A stretch of DNA of 64,000 nucleotides, taken from Desulfotignum sp. Its GTDB lineage: Bacteria > Desulfobacterota > Desulfobacteria > Desulfobacterales > Desulfobacteraceae. A program made the position numbers and the translations under genes. The notes beneath the pieces are model-generated. The model searched no databases. It saw nothing but the letters and a program-made list of their open reading frames with translations, and was not told the DNA's origin. This document shows positions 49,201 to 59,655 of the stretch, in pieces. Position 1 is the first letter of the stretch, and each line of letters begins with the position of its first letter. The DNA lies in NCBI GenBank assembly GCA_011390615.1, contig JAABSB010000001.1, forward strand, positions 8,636-72,635, in the 5' to 3' direction.

Positions 49201-51234
49201 TTACGGCAACTGTTCCAGCACCAGGCCGGTGCGGCTGGGCAAATACAGGGGCAGAAGCTGCCGGGTGATCTCCCCCTGGATCATGGGGTTGGTGGAATGC
49301 GGCTGCCCCTGCATAAGCCGGTTCCGGCCCCCGAACCGGGCCTCGTCCGTGTCCAGGATCATCCGGTATTTTCCCGCCGGCGCATCCACCCGGTAATCAA
49401 AAAAAGACCGGTCAGGGTGAAAATTGAAGACAAGAAAAAACTTTCCCCGAAAAAAGGCTATGATATTGTGGTCCTCATGCAGATAACACAGATTCGGGTA
49501 TGATGCCAACAGATCTTTTTCTTTTGCAAGCAGAATCATCAAGCGGTCAAATGCGAATAAATCCGTATAAAACAGATCCGGGTCATATTTCAGCGACCAC
49601 TGGCGCCGGGCATACTGAAAGGAAAAATGGTTCTGACGGGAGGGAAAATCCACCCATTCCGGGTGGCCGAACTCATTGCCCATGAAATTCAGGTAACCGG
49701 CATTGGCCGTGGCCAGGGTGATCAGCCGGATCATCTTGTGCAGTGCCACTGCCCGGAACGTTTCAATGCCGGCATTTTCCTTGTGCATGGCTGTATAGAT
49801 GCGGCTGCCCATGAGATGCATCATCAGGGTTTTATCCCCTACCAGGGCCTGGTCATGGCATTCAGCATAGGAAATGGTGGCTTCTTCTGCCCTGCGGTTG
49901 GTGAGTTCATACCACAGCTTTTCCAGGGGCCAGTCTTCATCCCGGGTTTCCTTGAGCAGCTTGATCCAGAAGTCGGCAATGCCCATGGCAAAACGAAAAT
50001 CAAACCCGTATCCTCCCTGGTCAATGCCTGCAGCCAGGCCGGGATACCCGCTGACATCTTCGGCAACCGTTACAGCCTGAGGCTGAAGCTGGTGCACCAG
50101 CTGGTTGGCGGTAAACAGATAGGACAGGGCATCTGTATCAACCCCGTGCCCGAAGTAATCAGCATAACTGACAAATGCCCTGTTCAGGCCGTGGTCTTCA
50201 AAAATCATGGATGTAATGCCGTCAAACCGGAACCCGTCCACATGAAATTCTTCGATCCAGTACCGAAGATTGGACAAAAGAAATTTTATGACCATGGGTT
50301 TTGCATAATCAAAACACCGGGAATCCCATAACCGGTGCACCCCTCTGGGACCGTCATGGAAAAACTGGTACAGGGTACCGTCAAAACAGGACAGCCCCTC
50401 CACCTCGTTGCGGACACTGTGGGAATGGATGATGTCCATCAACACCTGTATGCCTTCCTGGTGGGCTGCATCAATCAGTTTTTTGAACTCTTCCGGGGTG
50501 CCGAACCGGGATGAGGGAGCGAAAAAAGAGGAAACATGGTAGCCGAAAGATCCGTAATAGGGGTGTTCCTGCACCGCCATCAACTGGATGGTGTTGTACC
50601 CGGCATGCACGATCTTGGGCAGGATATGGCGGCGGAATTCCGTCCAGGTGCCGATACGTCCTTCCTCCAGTGCCATGCCTGTATGGGCTTCGTAAATCAG
50701 TATGGGGCCGTCCCTGCGGACGGTCTCCTGCACCTGCCATGCATAGGGTTCCGGCGGATCCCACACCTGGGCATTGAAGATCAGGGTATGGGGATCCTGA
50801 ACGACCCGCCTGGCTGCTGTGGGAATCCGGTCTCCCTCCCCCCCGGGCCAGATAACTTTCAACCGGAACAGGTCCTGGTGGGCAAACCGTTCTGCAGGAA
50901 ATTGTGCCTGGAAAGTATCGCCGTCCTTTCTGGGTACCTGGTATTCCGGCACACATCTCCAGTTGTTTTTGTCACACAGAATGTACATGTCAGAAGCATT
51001 GGGAGCCCATTCCGTGAACACCCACGCAAACTTTTTTTTGTCAAAATGCAGGCCGAACCGCAGGTGATAATCTGCAAACGATTCCAGAGAACCGCCATTT
51101 TCCCGGCACAGTCTTTGCTCCAGGTCCTGGGCAGCCCGGTACCGGGATGTGATGGTATCGGCATGGGCCAGCAGTCCCGGGTCATTGAAAATTCCGGGGT
51201 CAGACAAGGAATGGTCTTTGGAGCATTTTTTCAT
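49201..51234 (-). CDS. glgB: 1,4-alpha-glucan branching enzyme (GH13_8-like), start uncertain
   Basis: EWAPNA, IYEAH.G, YNTIQLMAVQEHPYYGSFGYHV, DGFRFDGITSM, AEDVSG, YAECHDQALVGDKT. Confidence 0.9.
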   Translation of the reverse strand: MKKCSKDHSLSDPGIFNDPGLLAHADTITSRYRAAQDLEQRLCRENGGSLESFADYHLRFGLHFDKKKFAWVFTEWAPNASDMYILCDKNNWRCVPEYQVPRKDGDTFQAQFPAERFAHQDLFRLKVIWPGGEGDRIPTAARRVVQDPHTLIFNAQVWDPPEPYAWQVQETVRRDGPILIYEAHTGMALEEGRIGTWTEFRRHILPKIVHAGYNTIQLMAVQEHPYYGSFGYHVSSFFAPSSRFGTPEEFKKLIDAAHQEGIQVLMDIIHSHSVRNEVEGLSCFDGTLYQFFHDGPRGVHRLWDSRCFDYAKPMVIKFLLSNLRYWIEEFHVDGFRFDGITSMIFEDHGLNRAFVSYADYFGHGVDTDALSYLFTANQLVHQLQPQAVTVAEDVSGYPGLAAGIDQGGYGFDFRFAMGIADFWIKLLKETRDEDWPLEKLWYELTNRRAEEATISYAECHDQALVGDKTLMMHLMGSRIYTAMHKENAGIETFRAVALHKMIRLITLATANAGYLNFMGNEFGHPEWVDFPSRQNHFSFQYARRQWSLKYDPDLFYTDLFAFDRLMILLAKEKDLLASYPNLCYLHEDHNIIAFFRGKFFLVFNFHPDRSFFDYRVDAPAGKYRMILDTDEARFGGRNRLMQGQPHSTNPMIQGEITRQLLPLYLPSRTGLVLEQLP

Positions 51235-52699
51235 AAAGGCTGATATAATCCTCTGCACATCGGGTGTGGTTGAATGCCAGTACGCTTTCAATCATGATCC
51301 TGTGGATCTGGGTTTCTCTGGTCTGGTCATCCAGCATATAAAAATCCATTGCCCGGTCAACCGCCCAGGAAAGGCCATTGGCGTCATGGACGGTGAATAC
51401 AAATCCATTGCCGCTGTCACCGGCCGGATCCAGGGGCTGGACCGTGTCATGGAGCCCCCCGGTATCAAACACAATGGGCAGACTGCCGTAGATACCTCCC
51501 ACCATCTGGGGCAGGCCGCAGGGCTCAAAAGCTGAGGGCATGAGTACAAAATCCGATGCAGCAAATGCCTGGTGGGAAAGTCCTTCGTTGAAGCCGCAGA
51601 CAGCCACGCGGCTACCTATGCCATGGTGCCGGACAATATCATGAAAATGCTTTTCAAAAGAACCCGATGCCACAGATACGATCTGCAGCCCCTGATCCCA
51701 GTACCGGTCCACCATATCGAACATAATCTCTGCCAGCAGCTGGCACCCTTTCTGCACCGGATCCAGGCGGGAGGGCCAGAAAAAAAGCGGGGCATCTGCA
51801 TTTTCTTCCATATCCAGAATTTTCTGCAGATATTTTTTGTTTGCCGCCTTCATTTTTTTATGGTTCTTGGGGCCAAAGTTATATCTGATCAGATCGTCCA
51901 CTGCCGGATTAAACTCAGGTTCCGGTGCATTCAGAATCCCGGTTGCACATCCGGAATAATATTTATGGGTCAGTTCATTTTTCAGGCAGGGTTCCACAAA
52001 AGGGTGGCGGTCCTCCACAATTTCCCGCAGAAAAGTGGGGCTTACGGTGTTCACATAATGGGCCGCAAACACCCCTGATGTGAGAAAATCCACCCGGTTC
52101 CAGTCCCGGCTCTCTTCATAGTTTACCGGCGGTTGCTTGAAATACATCCGGTGCCAGAAAGCGGCCGCATCAATGCCCCGGTCTTCGATTTCCGCCATGG
52201 TGGATGTCATGGTGTGAATATTGTGAATGGTGAACAGGCAGGGGATCTCCATCTCCCGGGACATGGCCGGGATCAGTCCCGTCATCCAGTCATTGCAGTG
52301 GATGATATCCGGCTCCACACGAGGGATAATGTTGTTGATGACCTCCCTCTGAAATGCCAGAGACACCTTCAGATCCATGTCGGAATACCCGGAATAGACA
52401 TTGCTCAAATAATAAAAGGCCCGGTCTGCTGCCAGGTGAATACGTTCTTCGTCTAAGCGTTTACGGATCTTTGCCAGTTCCCGGCTGTGGGTTTTGGTGG
52501 TGCTGCCGTCAAAGATGGACCTGTAATCCGGCAATGCCACATGTACATCACAGCCCAGATCAAACAGGGCGGAAATCAGGGCGGCAGACACATCAGCCAG
52601 GCCCCCGGCTTTGGCAGAATAATTGGATCGGTCCCCCATATCTTCGGGAAGGTAGGTTACTTCAGGCGTCACAATAAGGATTCTTGGTTTTTGTGCCAT
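51200..52699 (-). CDS. glgA: glycogen synthase (GT5)
   Basis: KAGGLADV, IIHCNDW, FTIHN, TVSP, QKG, MPSAFEPCGL.Q, TGGL.DTV. Confidence 0.92.
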   Translation of the reverse strand: MAQKPRILIVTPEVTYLPEDMGDRSNYSAKAGGLADVSAALISALFDLGCDVHVALPDYRSIFDGSTTKTHSRELAKIRKRLDEERIHLAADRAFYYLSNVYSGYSDMDLKVSLAFQREVINNIIPRVEPDIIHCNDWMTGLIPAMSREMEIPCLFTIHNIHTMTSTMAEIEDRGIDAAAFWHRMYFKQPPVNYEESRDWNRVDFLTSGVFAAHYVNTVSPTFLREIVEDRHPFVEPCLKNELTHKYYSGCATGILNAPEPEFNPAVDDLIRYNFGPKNHKKMKAANKKYLQKILDMEENADAPLFFWPSRLDPVQKGCQLLAEIMFDMVDRYWDQGLQIVSVASGSFEKHFHDIVRHHGIGSRVAVCGFNEGLSHQAFAASDFVLMPSAFEPCGLPQMVGGIYGSLPIVFDTGGLHDTVQPLDPAGDSGNGFVFTVHDANGLSWAVDRAMDFYMLDDQTRETQIHRIMIESVLAFNHTRCAEDYISLYEKMLQRPFLV

Positions 52700-52754
52700 A
52701 TATCTTCCCCCGTGAACAACAACTGGTGCAGGTTTGGTGTGAATGCTTACATTT

Positions 52755-55325
52755 TCAACTGTCTGGTCCAACCCAGGTGATCAATCCCGGGGTATTGCTT
52801 AATACCGGATCTCCCTTGGGTATTACCCGGGCGGTATAACCGAACCGTCCGGAATCTGAACAGATGACCCGGCATCCGTAAATATGGGTGCCGGGGGCAA
52901 TGGTATTCTGCAGTTCCATGGTTTCGGCCCGGCTGCCATCCATCTGCCCTGTCCCCCGCAATTTGCCGTGATATATCTGTACATCCACCTCTTCAGGCGT
53001 CAGTTCCCCCAGAAAAACCTCCAGCACAATGCTGAAGCTTTCTCCCACAGCAAAATCACTTGATGGTGTGATCTTTGGCTTTGACAAACGGATATGGGAC
53101 CACAGTGCGTTGAGCCGGGACTGGGTCAACGCAAGGTCTTTGGCTTTTCTGGCTGTGTTTTCAGTGAGCTGTTCCAGGTTTCTGGCAGCCGGAATATAAA
53201 ACCGGTTGGAATATTCCCTGACCATCCGGTCACTGGAAAAATCCATAATCGCCATTTTCATGGCTGCTTTCATCATTCGGATCCATCTTTTTGGCGGATT
53301 GCCCCACATCCGGTCATAAAAAACCGGAATCACGTCATTTTCCAGAATATTGAACAATGCCTGGCTTTCCACCTCATCCTGGTAATCCGGGTCTTCATAA
53401 TTATCTCCGTTGCCGATACGCCAGCCCGTGGTTTCTGAAAACCCTTCACACCACCACCCATCCAGTATGGACAGGTTCAGGCCCCCGTTGGCAGCTGCTT
53501 TCATACCGGATGTACCGCAGGCCTCAAATGGCCTTCTGGGTGTATTCAGCCACACATCACACCCCTGTACCATATACCGTGCAATATTGATATCATAGTT
53601 TTCCAGAAAGACCACCCGGTGACGGACCTCAGCCTGCCTTGCAAATTCCACAATACGTTTGATAAGGGCCTTGCCCTCGTTGTCATTGGGATGGGCCTTG
53701 CCCGCAAACACCAGCTGGACCGGCTGCTCCGCGCTGGTGATGAGCCGGAGCAGGCGCTGGGGATCCTTGAGCAGAAGTCCGGCCCGCTTATAGGTGGCAA
53801 ACCGCCGGGCAAAACAGATGGTAAGGACACGGGGATCCAGGGCGGCTGACACCTCATCGAGCAGGTTCCGGGAGGCATTGCGCCTATCATACTGTGCCAC
53901 CAGCAGCTGCCGGGTTTTCCTGATAAGATTGGACCGGTCAAGTTCATGGACATGCCACAGATCCGCATCCTCTATGCTGTCGATACGTGCCACCAGAGCA
54001 GAATCAGATTGCCGGCCGGACCAGTCCGATGCCAGATACCGTTCCAGCAGGCCGTTTTTATGGCGTGAAATATAAGAATTGATATGAACCCCGTTGGTGA
54101 CATGGGAAATGGGGATCTCCTCTTTCTGCCGCCCGGGCCACAGTCCCTGCCACATGGACCTTGCCACATGGCCGTGCAGCCGGCTGACACCGTTAATATA
54201 GCCTGAAAAAGCCACCCCGAAACAGAACATGGAAAATTTGGTCTCCCCCCCGGACCCGGGCATTTCTCCCCAGGACAGCAGTTCATTTTCTGAAATACCG
54301 AATTTCTGTGCATACGGGGCGATATAGGGACGTACAAGCTCCTTGTCAAATTCATCATGCCCGGCTGACACCGGCGTATGGGTGGTAAACACGGCACTGC
54401 GCCGGCAAACCTGGGATGCGCTTTGATATTCCAGGTCAAACCGGTCCATGATCAGACAGGTGCGTTCAAGGCCCGCAAAGGCGCAATGCCCCTCGTTCAT
54501 ATGGCAGACAGCAGGAAACATGTCCATGGCCTTCAGCACCTTGGTGCCGCCGATGCCCAGCAGAATTTCCTGGGCCACCCGGATCTCGCCGTGGCTGGCA
54601 TACAGCCGGGAGGTGATGTTCCTGATCTCTTCTGAATTTTCAGGCAGGTTGGTGTCCAGAAGCAGCAGCCTTATTTTCCCCACCTTTATCTGCCATACAC
54701 AGGCCCGGATAATACCCCTGGGGCCCGGGATTTCAATGAGAAGATCTGTACCGGACCCGTTGCTGATTTTCTGGGCAGGCAGATCAAACACATCAATGAT
54801 GGGATAGGTTTCCTGCTGCCAGCCATTATGGTCCAGGTATTGGCGGAAATACCCCTCCCGGAACAGCAGACCAATGCCTGTCAGGGGCAGGCCCAGGGCA
54901 GACGATGCCTTGAGATGGTCTCCGGCCAGGACCCCGAGTCCACCGGCAAAAAAAGGCAGAGATTCATGCAGCCCGAATTCCATGGAAAAATAGGCCACAG
55001 TCTCCTTGGGTCCCAGATCAAGCCCCTGAATCTGGGGAATATCTGAAAACATGTTTTCAAATTTTGTTTTCACCCGGGCCAGATGGCCCAAAAAACTCTC
55101 ATCTATGGAAAGTTCCTCATACCGGCGCTGGGAGATCCGGGTGAGAAATACCACCGGATTTTTTCCCACCGCCTCCCACTGCACCGGATTGATCCGGCGA
55201 AACACATCAACCGCCTCGTCATTCCAGCACCACCACAGGTTTCTGGCCAGGTAGTCCAGAAAGGACAAAGACTCGGGTATGGCCGGATAGACTTTATAAA
55301 TCTGCATTTCTTGCATGAATGTCAT
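52755..55325 (-). CDS. glgP: alpha-glucan phosphorylase (second GT35 subfamily, DUF3417-type N-terminus)
   Basis: LARNLWW.W, YFSMEFG, GGLGVLAGDHLK, HMNEGH, ARRFATYKR, EACGTSGMK. Confidence 0.95.
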   Translation of the reverse strand: MTFMQEMQIYKVYPAIPESLSFLDYLARNLWWCWNDEAVDVFRRINPVQWEAVGKNPVVFLTRISQRRYEELSIDESFLGHLARVKTKFENMFSDIPQIQGLDLGPKETVAYFSMEFGLHESLPFFAGGLGVLAGDHLKASSALGLPLTGIGLLFREGYFRQYLDHNGWQQETYPIIDVFDLPAQKISNGSGTDLLIEIPGPRGIIRACVWQIKVGKIRLLLLDTNLPENSEEIRNITSRLYASHGEIRVAQEILLGIGGTKVLKAMDMFPAVCHMNEGHCAFAGLERTCLIMDRFDLEYQSASQVCRRSAVFTTHTPVSAGHDEFDKELVRPYIAPYAQKFGISENELLSWGEMPGSGGETKFSMFCFGVAFSGYINGVSRLHGHVARSMWQGLWPGRQKEEIPISHVTNGVHINSYISRHKNGLLERYLASDWSGRQSDSALVARIDSIEDADLWHVHELDRSNLIRKTRQLLVAQYDRRNASRNLLDEVSAALDPRVLTICFARRFATYKRAGLLLKDPQRLLRLITSAEQPVQLVFAGKAHPNDNEGKALIKRIVEFARQAEVRHRVVFLENYDINIARYMVQGCDVWLNTPRRPFEACGTSGMKAAANGGLNLSILDGWWCEGFSETTGWRIGNGDNYEDPDYQDEVESQALFNILENDVIPVFYDRMWGNPPKRWIRMMKAAMKMAIMDFSSDRMVREYSNRFYIPAARNLEQLTENTARKAKDLALTQSRLNALWSHIRLSKPKITPSSDFAVGESFSIVLEVFLGELTPEEVDVQIYHGKLRGTGQMDGSRAETMELQNTIAPGTHIYGCRVICSDSGRFGYTARVIPKGDPVLSNTPGLITWVGPDS

Positions 55326-58300
55326 GTACTCCTCGAGGATAATTTATGTACCACCCGGGCCGCCTCGCTCACGCCCCAGGCCTGGGCATCACAGCCCCTG
55401 GGTGTGTGGGGAAAATCTCCATCCAGAATTTCGGGGATATATCCGGCAGCACCGGTTCTCATCAGATGTTTACAGCTGCCCAGCCACGCCAGACAGGTGG
55501 CATGGCTGTCCGGACCGAATACTGCGGCCCAGGCTTCGCAGAATACAGGAAACTGCCAGGTCCAGGCAGTACCGTTATGGTAGGCTGGTTTTCTTTTTGT
55601 ATCCTCATCCCCCTGGTACACCCCGGCATAGGGGTGGTGGGGGTCATTGAGAGTTATACCGTCATGGACAACAGCCAGAGGGTGAGACACCTTTCTATCG
55701 GCAAGGCTTCTTATCCCGCCCGGCACCAGCAGTTCCAGGCAGGTTTCCACGGTTTTTTGTGCCAAGTCCCCGGGGCCTATTGCCCCCAGGGTAAGCAGCA
55801 GCAGCTGGTTGGGCCGCAGGGCATCATCAGGCACTGCCCTGGATGCCGGGCCGTCTCCGTGCAGGCAGTCACTGAAATACCGGAGCGGTTCCTGCCAGAA
55901 CAACGATGTTATGGCCTGCTTGACTGTATGTGCCTTTTTGTTCCATCCGGTGCCCGGGTCAATGGTTCCTAAAAAAACAAGGGCGTTGTACCACAGGGCC
56001 TGGATCTCCACGGGATATCCCTGGCGGGGGGAGCCGGCCGGAAAATTGGTGTCCATCCAGGTAAAATGGGCAGGGCTGTACAAAAGCTGTGTGTCAGGAT
56101 CAGCCCGCACGCCGGTGCGGGTACCGGCAACAAGAGATTCCGCCATGGAAACCAGTACCTGTTTCAATGTGCGGCCGTCCAGGTCCTGGTCCAGAAAGGA
56201 TGGGTCCTGTGTTTTTTCCATCATGTCCCGGCAGCAGGCAAAAAACCACAGGGGCGCATCCGAGGTCTCAATATTGCCGGCATCTTCACCGCAGATCATG
56301 TTGGGAAGGGTGCCCTGGTCCTCGAACCGGCCGAACAGGTGCAGCACGGCCCGGGCATCAGATATCCGTCCCAGTTCAATCAGGCCTCTGCAGAAGATCA
56401 GGCTGTCCCGGCCCCAGTCCAGAAACCATGGGTATCCGGCGATCACGCTCCTGTCCTGGCCCCGGTTCACCAGGAACGCGTCCAGCCCCTGGAAAAGGGC
56501 CAGGTCCAGAGCAAAGCTGTCACCAAATGCCGGAGCAGCTTCCGGTAATGGATCACGCATATCTGTGTGACGGGGCTGGTCCATGGCATCTCTCACCTCT
56601 GCCACAATACTTGCCGATTCCCCGCCCCGGCAGTCAAAGGTAAAATACCCCGGGCTGAACAGATCAGAGTCAGGATCAAGGCCCCGGTGGGCCTCCAGGG
56701 GCCGGTGCACCATATACTGCCATTCCGGCTCATGCACAAAAACACCGTCGGCCAGGTCCATGGAAAACAGATGGCCCGAGGAAAGGGCAAAATCAAACCC
56801 TTCACCACGGGGTTTCACCGCTGCAGGCCATGCCGTCTCAGGCCCGGTAAAGGCCTTGACTGTTTCATGAAAATCGCGGTCTTCAATATCCGGCCGGAAA
56901 ATGAGTGTCACCGGTGCTGTATCTTCCAGAAACCGGCCGGAGTTGTTTTTTGCCGGCAGCCGTCTGACGGACAGATGGATTCTATTGGATGCTGAAGCCA
57001 GGGTCAGTGTCAGTTCCAGAACATAGTACTTGCCCTCTGAGGTGGGCACATGGAACCGCCACTGGCCGGCATTGTCAAAGGAAAAGACAAAGCTCTGGAG
57101 GCAGTCCTTTGCCAGTTTTCTGGAGTATCCCTGGAAAATGGCCCAGATCCTGCAGCGGGCCAGCACCATGCGCCGGTTTTCCGGCATGCCAGGATGCAGG
57201 TTTGCCCCCAGCAGGCCGTCATACCGGCTGTGAAGCTCTCCCCAGTCACCAGGCGCCCGCATCATGCCGCCGGTGCTTGTGGTACCCAGCAGGGTGAGCC
57301 CGGGATCTGCCGCAATGCTTCTTCTGGTAAAGGTGGTGCGCAGGCGCAGGGTGTCAAAAGGGGCCAGAAACAGAACAGCGGCTTTTTCCTTCCGGGTTTC
57401 TCCGGCATAAAACAGCCGCAGGTGCAGATCACATGCCTTGTGTTTCTTTTTTACAGCCATAGGTAAAAAAAGCGCAAAAAAACAGCCGTCTGCCAGGGGC
57501 AGTCCCTCCTCATATCCCAGAGAACGGGTACCGGCATCCGCAGTATCCAGGATTTCAGCCCGGAACCCCACAGGGCTTTTCACCAGCAGAAAATATCCCG
57601 GCGGCACCATGACCTGACGTCTGAGGTCTTTTGTCACATCAAAGGGGATGACACAGCTTTCCTGTGACTTTGTGTTCAAAGACCGGATAAAGTTCCCAGG
57701 ATCAGCTGACATGTCCCGGGCGGCCTGGTCCAGTTCCAGAGCGCTGACATCTGTATACCCGTCCAGGGCGGTTTTCACTGCCAGTACCCTGGCCCTTATC
57801 TTCTGGGCCAGCACCTTTTCCGGCACCACTGCCGGCACCTGAGTGTCCCGGGGGGCTGCCGGTGCCAGGGCTTTCAGATCTGACGGATCCGGGGACAGGG
57901 CCATCACCTCGCCGGGGGCCAGTCTGGTGCCGGCCATATTTCCGGTGCAGGTGGGCCTGATGCGGGTACCGGTGAGCAGGTCTGTCCATTCATCACAAAT
58001 GGGGCCCGCATCCTCCTGATTCCAGGACACCATGGTGGACGACTGGCAGTCCAGGTTCACCAGGACCAGCAGGTGCTTTTGTAAAGTCTGGTTATGCCGC
58101 AGCAGGGCCAGTGCCTGGGTGTCATCTGCGTGAATCATTGCCAGGCGGGTGTCCTTGAAAAACGCAGGGTGGGTTTTCAATATCTGGTTAAGCCGAAAGA
58201 TATGTTCCACCTGGTTCTCTTTTGCCCCCCAGTTGAGGCCCGGGGATTCATGCACATTGATTTTTTGTGTGGCAAACCATTCCACACCATTGGCAAAACC

Positions 58301-59644
58301 AAATCCCCCGCATACGGAAAACAGGGCACACATGGCGGTGCGCATTCTGGCATAGGTGGGTGAAACCGCTGCCAGGCGGTTGTTGTCATGGGTTTCCGCA
58401 AAATGGATCATGTGGCCGCAGGTTTCTGAAATCCGGGTGGCAAAGGGCAGATATTCCTGGATCTCTTCTCTGGTGTAGTGCTGGAACAGTTCAGAATAGG
58501 CCCAGTTGAAATCAGCCCGGCTCAGGATCTCCCTGGTGGTTGACAGGTACCCGCCCAGGCCCTCCAGAAGAAACAGGGTGTCCGGGTATTCCTGCCTGAC
58601 CCTGGCCACCATGTATTCCCAAGCATCTGTGGGCACCATGTAGCCGGCATCGCAGCGGAACCCGTCCACACCCCGGTGGCACCAGAGCAGAAAAATATCG
58701 GCCATATACTCCCACAGGTCGGTATGGGTATAATCCAGCTTGGTCAAATCCGCCCAGATCACGCCCCAGGCCCCCGGGGCCTTTATTTTGCCATCTTCTC
58801 CCCTGACCAGCCATTCCGGATGGGACTGATGAATGGCTGCGGCCCAGCCGGTGTGGTTGATGGCAATATCTAAAAACAGGTATCCATTGTGAAAATGCAC
58901 GGCATCCACCAGCTCCATGAACTGTTCCAGGGGCGTGGCAGCCGGATCAAACCGGGCAAGGGCAGGGTCCACATCTGTAAAATTCAGCGCGGCATAAGGA
59001 CTGCCAAACCGTCCCATGCGGGCATAGGTAGTGGGGGTGGGATGTATGGGCAGAAGGTGCAGAGCCCGGCATCCCAGGGTTGAGAATATAAAGCCCACAT
59101 GCTCCTTGAGATCCCGGAACTTTCCGGACTCCGGGATCACGGTGAATCCTCTGGCATCCAGGGTCTGGACCAGCGGGGCGAGGGTTCGGTCCTCCACGGA
59201 ACTGGCACTGGATCTGGAAGGGCCGAACTGGCGGACAAAGGCATTGTAAATAATATTGGCGCAGCAGGTGCCGGCCGGCTCCACATTGAGGATGCAATTG
59301 TCCCCCTCCGGCCACACAGGAACGCTCTGGTTTTCCGGAATAAAAAAACATTTGGCCTGGAAATAGCCTGTCTGGTGAAGCGGCAGAAGAATCTGAAATT
59401 CTGTGGCGCTTTTTTTCTTCATCTGGATATCATACCAGGCCTCATCCAGCTTGATTTCGTTTTTTTCCACCCGGTCGATAATCTCCTGGCGGGCGATGGC
59501 TGCCGTACCCAGATTGGTGCGGACCCAGGCATTGCCGGCCGCTTTTTTGTCCAGGGTCAGGGTAAACAGCAGACAATCCCCGCAGAACAACACCCTGGAT
59601 GTACCGGGTGCGGGTGATTGAAAAACGTATGGCAGCATGTGCAT
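55322..59644 (-). CDS. large glycogen debranching enzyme: GH13 domain fused to GH133 amylo-alpha-1,6-glucosidase
   Basis: GH13 motifs GSPYA, INHT, GFRCDAG, LEG, THDN. GH133 motifs AGYPWF.DWGRD, DAPLWF, TWMD, VEIQALW, RPNQ, YHNG..W, QAW. Confidence 0.9.
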   Translation of the reverse strand: MHMLPYVFQSPAPGTSRVLFCGDCLLFTLTLDKKAAGNAWVRTNLGTAAIARQEIIDRVEKNEIKLDEAWYDIQMKKKSATEFQILLPLHQTGYFQAKCFFIPENQSVPVWPEGDNCILNVEPAGTCCANIIYNAFVRQFGPSRSSASSVEDRTLAPLVQTLDARGFTVIPESGKFRDLKEHVGFIFSTLGCRALHLLPIHPTPTTYARMGRFGSPYAALNFTDVDPALARFDPAATPLEQFMELVDAVHFHNGYLFLDIAINHTGWAAAIHQSHPEWLVRGEDGKIKAPGAWGVIWADLTKLDYTHTDLWEYMADIFLLWCHRGVDGFRCDAGYMVPTDAWEYMVARVRQEYPDTLFLLEGLGGYLSTTREILSRADFNWAYSELFQHYTREEIQEYLPFATRISETCGHMIHFAETHDNNRLAAVSPTYARMRTAMCALFSVCGGFGFANGVEWFATQKINVHESPGLNWGAKENQVEHIFRLNQILKTHPAFFKDTRLAMIHADDTQALALLRHNQTLQKHLLVLVNLDCQSSTMVSWNQEDAGPICDEWTDLLTGTRIRPTCTGNMAGTRLAPGEVMALSPDPSDLKALAPAAPRDTQVPAVVPEKVLAQKIRARVLAVKTALDGYTDVSALELDQAARDMSADPGNFIRSLNTKSQESCVIPFDVTKDLRRQVMVPPGYFLLVKSPVGFRAEILDTADAGTRSLGYEEGLPLADGCFFALFLPMAVKKKHKACDLHLRLFYAGETRKEKAAVLFLAPFDTLRLRTTFTRRSIAADPGLTLLGTTSTGGMMRAPGDWGELHSRYDGLLGANLHPGMPENRRMVLARCRIWAIFQGYSRKLAKDCLQSFVFSFDNAGQWRFHVPTSEGKYYVLELTLTLASASNRIHLSVRRLPAKNNSGRFLEDTAPVTLIFRPDIEDRDFHETVKAFTGPETAWPAAVKPRGEGFDFALSSGHLFSMDLADGVFVHEPEWQYMVHRPLEAHRGLDPDSDLFSPGYFTFDCRGGESASIVAEVRDAMDQPRHTDMRDPLPEAAPAFGDSFALDLALFQGLDAFLVNRGQDRSVIAGYPWFLDWGRDSLIFCRGLIELGRISDARAVLHLFGRFEDQGTLPNMICGEDAGNIETSDAPLWFFACCRDMMEKTQDPSFLDQDLDGRTLKQVLVSMAESLVAGTRTGVRADPDTQLLYSPAHFTWMDTNFPAGSPRQGYPVEIQALWYNALVFLGTIDPGTGWNKKAHTVKQAITSLFWQEPLRYFSDCLHGDGPASRAVPDDALRPNQLLLLTLGAIGPGDLAQKTVETCLELLVPGGIRSLADRKVSHPLAVVHDGITLNDPHHPYAGVYQGDEDTKRKPAYHNGTAWTWQFPVFCEAWAAVFGPDSHATCLAWLGSCKHLMRTGAAGYIPEILDGDFPHTPRGCDAQAWGVSEAARVVHKLSSRST

Positions 59645-59655
59645 ATACCCCCCTT

